DNA of 64,000 nt from assembly GCA_943356745.1 (NCBI GenBank), contig CALRFT010000003.1, forward strand, positions 10,853 through 74,852, in the 5' to 3' direction. Position 1 is the stretch's first letter; each line of letters begins with the position of its first letter. Below the pieces are notes generated by a model that was given only the letters and a program-made list of their open reading frames with translations, ran no database searches and had not been told where the DNA came from. Shown piece by piece: positions 57,112-64,000 of this stretch. The position numbers and the translations under genes are program-made. The stretch comes from Parcubacteria group bacterium. GTDB taxonomy: Bacteria; Patescibacteriota; Minisyncoccia; Phycocordibacterales; CSBR16-119.

Positions 57112-58593
57112 TTATTCAACTGTTTTTTCTCGAACCAAAATATCTCCAGCTTGAAGTCCTGAAATAATTTCAACAAAGCCATCACTTCCAGCAAGACCAA
57201 GAACAACGGATTGCTCTTTATCTTTTTTCTCAGAAACCATAATTCGACTTACAAATCCATCTTCTGTTCTCTCAAAAAAGTATCGTGGAGCTCGAAGTAC
57301 GCCTTCTTTTGTTTCTGCAAGAATACTTGCTTTTGCGCTCATTCCTACACGAATCCTTTCATCTGGGTTTGTAATCACTACTGTTGTTTTGTAAACAGGA
57401 ACACCATCAACAAGTGTATCAATAACATCAATAGCCTCGATTACACCTTGCCACTCTGCATCATTTTGATATGCATCAAGAGTTATTGAAACAGCATCAC
57501 CAATCTGAAGTTTTGCAACATCTATTTCTGGAACATCGAGTGCGAGTTCAAACTGATCAGATCCAACCAAAGTAACATATGGTGTATTTGCAGTGACGAT
57601 TTCTCCTTGAGCAATATCAACAAGTCCCACAACTCCATCAAAAGGTGCCGTAATTACACTATCAGCCATTTGGGCTCTCACAGCATCAACACGGGCACGA
57701 GCAGCAATAACATCAGCTTGTGATTTTGAAATCTGATTTCCAGATGACTCAAGTGCCTGACTTTGAAGATATGAATCTTCCGCCTGTGCAAGTACTCGCG
57801 CACGCTCAGCAACAGCTTGGTCATAAGCATTCTTGTTTACAACATAATTTGAAGATCTTTTGTTGGGAATACTTACAGTCCAAACTGTATTTGAATAATC
57901 TTGACCTTCAGTAAATTTAATATATAACCCCTTTTCACCAAGAGGAATTGCTGTATTTGTCCGAATAGCATCAAAACCTGATTCAAGACCAGTATATTTA
58001 AATGAATAACCAGAAGAAGATCCTGAAGAATATGTAGTTACAATATAATCTCCTTCAATCGTATCTGTATATGTTCCTGAAATTGTCGGTGGTTCAGCAT
58101 CTGTATCATCCTCTGTATAAACCTCAAGTGAATCTGAGAGGAGTTTTCTATAGGCATTCTGCACAAAAGTATCTTGTTGTTCTTTTGTTGTAGTAAAATT
58201 TTGATATGAATATTCAAAACCAACACCAGAAGCCGCGCTCTCTGCTTGCACACGCTTCAAATTAGCCTCAGCCTCCAAAAGTTGTGCTGAAAGTTGATTT
58301 GTTGAAAGTCTTGCAATCACTTGTCCTTTTTTAACGGTTTCTCCCTCTGAAACAAAGACCTGAGAAACTCTTCCCGATGTTCCAAAACCAAGGTTAACTC
58401 TATCTTTCATGTCAATATCTCCCGCAAAAATAATTGTTTCTGAAACCTCTCCCTGCTCTACTGTAAAAAATTCTTTTGAATCATCTGGAGTAACTGCGTT
58501 TTTGATAATAGAAAAAAGAATAAAAAGTACAATAATTCCAAGTACTATATATCTCTTCTTGAGTTTTTTAAAATTGATTGATGGTAATTTCAT
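57112..58593 (-). CDS. Efflux membrane-fusion (adaptor) protein
   Basis: Lipoyl-like SGRV..V.V.EG..VKKGQ, ITAPFDGVV, VPEIDV, VEIISGL..GD. Confidence 0.9.
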   Translation of the reverse strand: MKLPSINFKKLKKRYIVLGIIVLFILFSIIKNAVTPDDSKEFFTVEQGEVSETIIFAGDIDMKDRVNLGFGTSGRVSQVFVSEGETVKKGQVIARLSTNQLSAQLLEAEANLKRVQAESAASGVGFEYSYQNFTTTKEQQDTFVQNAYRKLLSDSLEVYTEDDTDAEPPTISGTYTDTIEGDYIVTTYSSGSSSGYSFKYTGLESGFDAIRTNTAIPLGEKGLYIKFTEGQDYSNTVWTVSIPNKRSSNYVVNKNAYDQAVAERARVLAQAEDSYLQSQALESSGNQISKSQADVIAARARVDAVRAQMADSVITAPFDGVVGLVDIAQGEIVTANTPYVTLVGSDQFELALDVPEIDVAKLQIGDAVSITLDAYQNDAEWQGVIEAIDVIDTLVDGVPVYKTTVVITNPDERIRVGMSAKASILAETKEGVLRAPRYFFERTEDGFVSRIMVSEKKDKEQSVVLGLAGSDGFVEIISGLQAGDILVREKTVE

Positions 58594-58708
58594 ATATGTA
58601 TTATCTCTTACTTTTTGTAATAAACAAAATTATATAAGGGTATAAGCATACTATAGAGACCCACAAAAACAAAACAACTCACTTTTGTGAGTTGTTTTGT
58701 TTTTTTTG

Positions 58709-58781
58709 GGCGACTACCGGGAATCGAACCCGGATACTCGGAACCACAACCCGATGTAATAACCGTTATACGATAGTCGCC
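58709..58781 (-). tRNA. tRNA-His (GTG)
   Basis: G(-1)GCGACTA...TTGTGGT anticodon loop...GGTTCGATTCC...TAGTCGC-C. Confidence 0.95.
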
Positions 58782-58854
58782 ATGTGTAAATTTGTACTCC
58801 AAGTACGAAAGTATTTATACCAAAAAATAAGACGCCCGTCTAGGCGTCTTATTT

Positions 58855-59862
58855 TTAAATTTCATATGGATTTTGTTTCGCGAGTTTCTTTCTATATACC
58901 TGGCCCATTATAACTGCAAACAAAACAATCGTCATATATATTGTGAGTCCCGTTTGAAACGAAAGTGGTATAGATCGAAGTGATCCAAGTATAAACACAA
59001 TATACCAACTTGAAATCGAAATCGCCCCTGTCGCAAATGCTACTTTCTTAAAAAATAATTGTTTCTTAGTTAAGAGTCTTTGTTCGTTTCCATTAAAAAC
59101 AATACTTGTTAATCTCGGCGCAACTACAAAATTTAGTACAAAACCGTTAATAGTGATAATTCCAACTGCGACTGTTTTAACTAAGAACTTTGAAGATTCT
59201 GCAAGTTCAAGAGTTCTTGGAAGATACAAACCAATACCTGTAATAATTAAGATTCCAAGCGCAACCCAGATAATGTGGGACATGGTATCCATGACACTCT
59301 TTTCTGTTTCTGAAATTTTAAAATCTTTTAGAAATTTAAAAAATAAAACGTCTGTTACTGTTGTCGCACCCACACCAACAGCCGCAGCCATTGCATGAAT
59401 TATCACAATAAGTGTTTTGTATTCCACCAAAAGTGGTATTAAATTTATCTCCGTTATAAATACTGAAAATATTGCAATAAAGGTTGTAAATGCAGCAGAA
59501 AATAAACACCAAGTACACCAATGTTTAATAGAAAAGGCTTGAACAAAAACAAGATAGACTGAAAACAAAAATGCTAAAACTGAGAATGAAACAGCGAAGA
59601 ATACAGTTTCTTGCCCCATTTCAAAACTAAACATTCGCGCACTGTAAAATAAAATAACTAAAGCATAGTAACCCATACCCATAAGCTCCACAGGAATTCC
59701 AAGGAATTTTGAATATTTACTATTCACAACAGTGTCACACATACCTCCGATTGGACAAATAAGTGGTCTTTTTTCTTTGCTTTTCTTTGTTGTGTAAATA
59801 TATAAAGCAAGAACAAAACCAGACAAAGATAAAATTATTGGTATGAGATAAATAAAATTCAT
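58855..59862 (-). CDS. VKOR-family disulfide-formation protein with extra C-terminal membrane domain
   Basis: CPIGGMCDTVVNS.YS.FLGIP and WCTWC; ~190 extra residues with 4-5 TMs. Confidence 0.88.
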   Translation of the reverse strand: MNFIYLIPIILSLSGFVLALYIYTTKKSKEKRPLICPIGGMCDTVVNSKYSKFLGIPVELMGMGYYALVILFYSARMFSFEMGQETVFFAVSFSVLAFLFSVYLVFVQAFSIKHWCTWCLFSAAFTTFIAIFSVFITEINLIPLLVEYKTLIVIIHAMAAAVGVGATTVTDVLFFKFLKDFKISETEKSVMDTMSHIIWVALGILIITGIGLYLPRTLELAESSKFLVKTVAVGIITINGFVLNFVVAPRLTSIVFNGNEQRLLTKKQLFFKKVAFATGAISISSWYIVFILGSLRSIPLSFQTGLTIYMTIVLFAVIMGQVYRKKLAKQNPYEI

Positions 59863-59863
59863 A

Positions 59864-60796
59864 TTAAAAAAGATTGAATATTTTTCCTATAAAAAATACA
59901 TATATCATGAGATACATTGCCCCCTCCCAAATATACATTCTTTGTGAAATCCCAGAAATTGTAAAAAGGATTGTTGCAATAATTAAAAATGGCAAACCGA
60001 TACTAAACGTTGTAACATCTATTGGAAGTCTTGCGAACAATGCAGGAATTCCAGTAACAACAAGAATATTGAATATATTTGAACCGAAAATATTTCCAAT
60101 AGCAACTTCTGATTTCCCTTGAAGCGCCGCTTTTACAGAAACAGTAAGTTCAGGTAAAGATGTTCCAATCGCAACAGCAGCTAGAGAAAAAGCACCAGCT
60201 GAAACCCCAAAAAGTTCAGAAAGCTTAATGACAGACTCTACAAGATATTTTGAACCGAAGATAAGTCCCAAAAGACCAGCAATCATAAGAATAGTGTCTT
60301 GTTTTGTAAACTTTGTTTTCACAACACTCTCATCTTTTTCTTTTCCTTGTCCCTCTTTCAAGGTATACATAACATAAAACACAAAAGAACCAAGGAGAAG
60401 TATTGCTTCTGGAAAAGTTATCACACCGTCCCAAGCTGAAACAAGAAACAAAGCTGTTGTTGAAACAAGAAGTGGAATATCAAGATCAATAAGATACTTT
60501 GAAGTGGTGAGCTTTCCGGCAATAACAGCAGAAAGACCTAGGATAAAAAGAATATTTGCAATATTTGAACCAACAACATTACCAGCAACTATTTCCGGCG
60601 CATCAGCAAATACCGCAACCAAAGAAGACGCGAGCTCTGGTAAAGATGTTCCAATACCCACAATAAGAATTCCTACCACAAATTTTGAAAGACCTTTTGA
60701 AAGCCCAAATTTTTCAGAAGCAATCAAAAACCAATCAGCCCCTCGAACTAAAACCATTAATGAAAGTATAAAAAGTCCTATCCAAAATATTGTCAT
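59864..60796 (-). CDS. Calcium/sodium antiporter (YrbG family)
   Basis: Two GTSLPEL...GN..GSNI repeats. Confidence 0.95.
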   Translation of the reverse strand: MTIFWIGLFILSLMVLVRGADWFLIASEKFGLSKGLSKFVVGILIVGIGTSLPELASSLVAVFADAPEIVAGNVVGSNIANILFILGLSAVIAGKLTTSKYLIDLDIPLLVSTTALFLVSAWDGVITFPEAILLLGSFVFYVMYTLKEGQGKEKDESVVKTKFTKQDTILMIAGLLGLIFGSKYLVESVIKLSELFGVSAGAFSLAAVAIGTSLPELTVSVKAALQGKSEVAIGNIFGSNIFNILVVTGIPALFARLPIDVTTFSIGLPFLIIATILFTISGISQRMYIWEGAMYLMIYVFFIGKIFNLF

Positions 60797-60879
60797 AAAA
60801 ATATTATAGCCTAAAAAATAAAAACTTATCGCGCACTAATCAACACAAAAAAGAAAAACCCCAAAAAGGGGTTTTTCTT

Positions 60880-60964
60880 TGGTGCGGATGAGAGGAATCG
60901 AACCTCCACGGATTTCTCCATACGAACCTCAATCGTACGCGTATACCAGTTCCGCCACATCCGC
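60880..60964 (-). tRNA. tRNA-Leu (GAG)
   Basis: GCGGATG...TTGAGGT anticodon loop, long variable arm, GGTTCGATTCC, CATCCGC-A-CCA. Confidence 0.96.
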
Positions 60965-61043
60965 ATGACAAATATTATACGGAAATAAAATAAAAAAGCC
61001 ACCCCAAAATTTGAAGCAAAATAAAAAACCCTTTCGGGGTTTT

Positions 61044-61496
61044 TTATTTTGCTTCTTCTGAAGTTTCAGAAGATGTTGTTTCTTCAACAACCTCATCTTG
61101 CATTTCCTCTTGTTTAATTTCAAGTGGTTTTTCAGTAAAGAATCCTGCGAATGATCGAAGTTTTCGTCGAATTTCCTTTGCTGTCTTTTCTCGCAAGAAG
61201 TAAAGTTTGTTTCGTCGAGTTTTTGATTTTTTCACAACTTCAACTGAATCAATATTAGGAGAGAATAGTGGAAAGATTCGTTCCACCCCAACACCGTTAG
61301 AAATTTTTCGAACAGTGAAAGTTGCCCCTGTTTCAGTTCCGTGTTTTCGAGCAATCACAAGCCCTTCAAACGCCTGAAGTCGAGTTTTTCCTTTTTCTTG
61401 AATTCGCACAGATACACGAACAGTGTCTCCTGCTTTAAAGTTGAGCTTTTTTCGCTCTTCGATATTTACTGGTGTTAGTTTAATTGCTGTGTTCAT
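61044..61496 (-). CDS. rplS: 50S ribosomal protein bL19
   Basis: [41 protein letters not shown]. Confidence 0.98.
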   Translation of the reverse strand: MNTAIKLTPVNIEERKKLNFKAGDTVRVSVRIQEKGKTRLQAFEGLVIARKHGTETGATFTVRKISNGVGVERIFPLFSPNIDSVEVVKKSKTRRNKLYFLREKTAKEIRRKLRSFAGFFTEKPLEIKQEEMQDEVVEETTSSETSEEAK

Positions 61497-61544
61497 AGCT
61501 AGTTTTGAAAATATGTAACGAGGCTTACTCTATCACATGGCCAG

Positions 61545-62276
61545 TTATTTGGCAAGCTTCTGAAAGCTTTCCTCTGGCAAAGCTTGAAATTCTTGTCTTT
61601 TTCCATTTGGAAGCAAAACAGAGAGTTTCCAAGCATGAAGGGCAAGTCTTGAAAAACCCAAAACCAAGGGTCTTCCCTTTGCGTATAATGTATCCCCAAC
61701 AAGTGGATGATGAAGATATTTCATATGGACTCGAATCTGGTGAGTTCTCCCTGTTTTTGGTCTCACTTCACACAAACAAAAATGCTCACCACCCTCTTGA
61801 ATTCGATTGAGTACTCGAAAAGAAGTTTCAGCCTCTCGCAAAACCCCACGAGCATTTCCCCCCGCCTGCCACTGACGAAAATCATTCCTACTTTTACCAA
61901 TCGGAACATCTATTCTCCCTTCATCTTCTTTAAAATTTCCCCACACAACAGCAAGGTATGTTTTTTCTGTAAGTCTGTCTTGAAATTGTGTTTTCAAAAA
62001 CTCGTGAGCTTTTTGGTGTTTTGCAACGATAATTACCCCTGAAGTTTCCTTATCAAGCCTATGAACAATACCAGGACGATCTATCACCATTTCTTCTTTT
62101 GCATTTCGAATAACCAAAGGCTCCCCAACACCTTGTATTTCTGGATAATTTTCAAGAATCCAATCAGTCAAAACATACTCTTCCGATTTTCCATCCTTAT
62201 GAACCATAAGTCCTGAAGGTTTATCAAGAACCAAAATATCTTGGTCTTCATATATAATTGTGGGGATTTTTTGCAT
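61545..62276 (-). CDS. RluA family pseudouridine synthase
   Basis: DKPSG, HRLDKETSG, TGRTHQIRVH, LHA. Confidence 0.96.
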   Translation of the reverse strand: MQKIPTIIYEDQDILVLDKPSGLMVHKDGKSEEYVLTDWILENYPEIQGVGEPLVIRNAKEEMVIDRPGIVHRLDKETSGVIIVAKHQKAHEFLKTQFQDRLTEKTYLAVVWGNFKEDEGRIDVPIGKSRNDFRQWQAGGNARGVLREAETSFRVLNRIQEGGEHFCLCEVRPKTGRTHQIRVHMKYLHHPLVGDTLYAKGRPLVLGFSRLALHAWKLSVLLPNGKRQEFQALPEESFQKLAK

Positions 62277-62317
62277 ATGTGTATCATACGAGATATTGAG
62301 AAATAAAAAAAGCCTGA

Positions 62318-62554
62318 TTAATTTTTAATCAGGCTTATTTCTTTTGGAAGAACAGCGAAAATAGCACCTGTGATTTTCTCGATTTTAAATCCTCGAGAAG
62401 AAACACAACCGGTCAAATCACGAGAGGTAAGGAGAACTTTATCCTCAATATTCTCAAATCTGATTTTAACATGGTCAAAATTATTATGTGCCATTCTTTG
62501 AATTCCTTTCTTAACATTTTCAAGACAAAGGAATTCTGATAATGATATTGTCAT
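62318..62554 (-). CDS. Small hypothetical protein
   Basis: 78-aa ORF from ATG 62554, flanked by hairpins; no motif recognised. Confidence 0.45.
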   Translation of the reverse strand: MTISLSEFLCLENVKKGIQRMAHNNFDHVKIRFENIEDKVLLTSRDLTGCVSSRGFKIEKITGAIFAVLPKEISLIKN

Positions 62555-62627
62555 AATGAACGGATTTACTTGTTGTAATAATAACAAATAAAAGCCCTCT
62601 TTGTAACACAAAGAGGGCTTTAACTCA

Positions 62628-62822
62628 TTACACAGAAGACACACAAAATATATGATCTTCTATCTGAAATGGTGGTAAAAATACATGTTTAGCAGAATCT
62701 TTTTGTAAACTAACAGAAAAAGAAAGTTTACCAAAAGAAAATTTTTGAGGCTTAAAATCACCCTTTTTTACCATCTCACGGGCCAGAGTTTGGGCTCTTT
62801 GTGTTATATTTTGATTTTCCAT
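62628..62822 (-). CDS. Small hypothetical protein
   Basis: 64-aa ORF with TATAAT 10 nt before the ATG. Confidence 0.45.
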   Translation of the reverse strand: MENQNITQRAQTLAREMVKKGDFKPQKFSFGKLSFSVSLQKDSAKHVFLPPFQIEDHIFCVSSV

Positions 62823-62849
62823 AATTTAAAGTATTATAATTAATATAAA

Positions 62850-63644
62850 TTATTTTGTCAATACCTCCAATTCCATTTTCATTTTCTGTTTTATTTCTCT
62901 TAAATGTTCAAGGTCTGGCTTAATAATTTCTGTCGACTGAGACATCTGACCGAAACTATTTTTCTTCATAGTTGTGTGACGATAAATGTCTTCGTCTCCA
63001 TACTGGACTGCTGCAGAACCAAAATCAATAACTACAGGGGTATGAGTCTCAGCTTCTATCATGATATTTCCGGCGTGGAGATCTCTATGGTGAATAGCAA
63101 AAGGTTCAGAATGTATAAAATTAAGAAAGTCTTCTAATTTTTTGAAAAATAAATCAATATTAAAACCACGAAAGAATTCTTCAGGGTTATCTATTTTTCC
63201 TTCAAAAAAGTCACGGATTGAATATCCTTGTATCTGCTCCATCACAAGAGCTTGCTCTTTGACATTCACTAGAACTTTTTCACCTTTTGAATTTATTTTT
63301 TGAACTTTTTTCTCAACCTCTATAACCGATATTGGTATTGGCACCATGACTTCTGGATGTATTTGGGTAAGTTTATATAAATATTCTGATTCTTGACTCA
63401 AATCATTTATTGGAGTTTTACCGTTTTCCAACTTAAGTTTTTTACAGCAAACATTTTGAACTTCTGGAACAGCACATACAATAGCAGTCTGTCCAAAACC
63501 AAGCTCATTTTCAGGACGAAATATTTTTTCAGCAATTTCACAAATATTTTCCTGATATTTTTTAATAGCAGCCTCGTATTCAGCAAGACTTTCTTTTTTG
63601 TCGGGTCCAGTATAATCAAGATTAAAATACTTTATTTTTTCCAT
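62850..63644 (-). CDS. Protein kinase-like (RIO/ABC1/Bud32-like fold) protein
   Basis: LGFGQTAIV, LVMEQIQG, HRDLHAGNIM, VIDFG; start set at ATG 63644. Confidence 0.85.
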   Translation of the reverse strand: MEKIKYFNLDYTGPDKKESLAEYEAAIKKYQENICEIAEKIFRPENELGFGQTAIVCAVPEVQNVCCKKLKLENGKTPINDLSQESEYLYKLTQIHPEVMVPIPISVIEVEKKVQKINSKGEKVLVNVKEQALVMEQIQGYSIRDFFEGKIDNPEEFFRGFNIDLFFKKLEDFLNFIHSEPFAIHHRDLHAGNIMIEAETHTPVVIDFGSAAVQYGDEDIYRHTTMKKNSFGQMSQSTEIIKPDLEHLREIKQKMKMELEVLTK

Positions 63645-63722
63645 ATAAATAACTATACCATTATCTGAAAAAGACTCATCTCTTGCCAATTTTCCTCAAA
63701 TATCATACACTATTCTTTGTTG

Positions 63723-63766
63723 AAATAAGGGCGATTACCCGCCTGCGCAGGCAGGACTCAGTTGGT
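63723..63766 (+). repeat. Interrupted duplicate of the tRNA-Val 5' end containing a GC-rich palindrome
   Basis: AAATAAGGGCGATTA-[CCCGCCTGCGCAGGCAGGA]-CTCAGTTGGT versus AAATAAGGGCGATTA-G-CTCAGTTGGT at 63780-63805. Confidence 0.8.
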
Positions 63767-63785
63767 GGGGCTTTTATAAAAATAA

Positions 63786-63861
63786 GGGCGATTAGCTCAG
63801 TTGGTAGAGCAACCCGTTTACACCGGGAAGGTCAGAGGTTCGAGTCCTCTATCGCCCACCA
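63786..63861 (+). tRNA. tRNA-Val (TAC)
   Basis: GGGCGAT...TTTACAC anticodon loop...GGTTCGAGTCC...ATCGCCC-A-CCA; 76 nt. Confidence 0.97.
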
Positions 63862-64000
63862 ATCAGAAAAAGTACTGGCTTTTAGCTAGTGCTTTTTCTA
63901 TTGTGGTAAATAAGAGGATGAGAACCTTTGGTCCCAATTTTTAAAGAGCGAAGCGATTATAAAAATTGAGGATTTCGGAACAAGAAACTTGTGAGAAGCG

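Noticed and set aside
61861-61870. CCCGCCTGCC resembling the palindrome near tRNA-Val
   Set aside because: Only one arm is present and it encodes W-Q-A-G within RluA; likely chance.
1-64000. CRISPR array, rRNA, prophage, integrase, transposase or reverse transcriptase
   Set aside because: No regularly spaced repeats, rRNA-like segments or catalytic motifs of these families were seen in the ORFs or intergenic gaps.

Overview
AT-rich chromosome segment of a Candidate Phyla Radiation bacterium (Patescibacteria, most likely Parcubacteria). This is inferred from gene content: no rpmD in the spc block, rplK not followed by rplA, and a homodimeric GlyRS. It uses the standard code, with TAA, TAG and TGA all acting as stops. 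The housekeeping content is the distal spc operon (rpsN to secY-adk-map), ftsK, recA, efp, rpsF-ssb-rpsR, four tRNA synthetases, recO, secE-nusG-rplK, nrdAB, rplS and three tRNAs. There is also a surface-glycan locus next to a very acidic S-layer-like protein gene, and a dut/DUF1599/thyX/dcd pyrimidine cluster whose thyX carries one in-frame TAA. The least-explained signals are non-coding: (1) a ~390-nt multi-hairpin leader RNA ahead of the surface protein; (2) an ileS T-box with an ultra-short Stem I but a transcription terminator; (3) a CCG-containing attenuator ahead of rpsF; (4) a -10 box 6-7 nt before the ATG of about 11 genes, suggesting leaderless mRNAs. Protein-level oddities are a class Ic-like (Mn/Fe) NrdB, a histidine-phosphatase domain inside IleRS, an ATP-cone/nuclease fusion and a gene whose 3' end resembles a DGR variable region. 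I saw no CRISPR, rRNA, integrase, transposase or reverse transcriptase. All calls come from reading the sequence by eye; no searches or folding programs were run.
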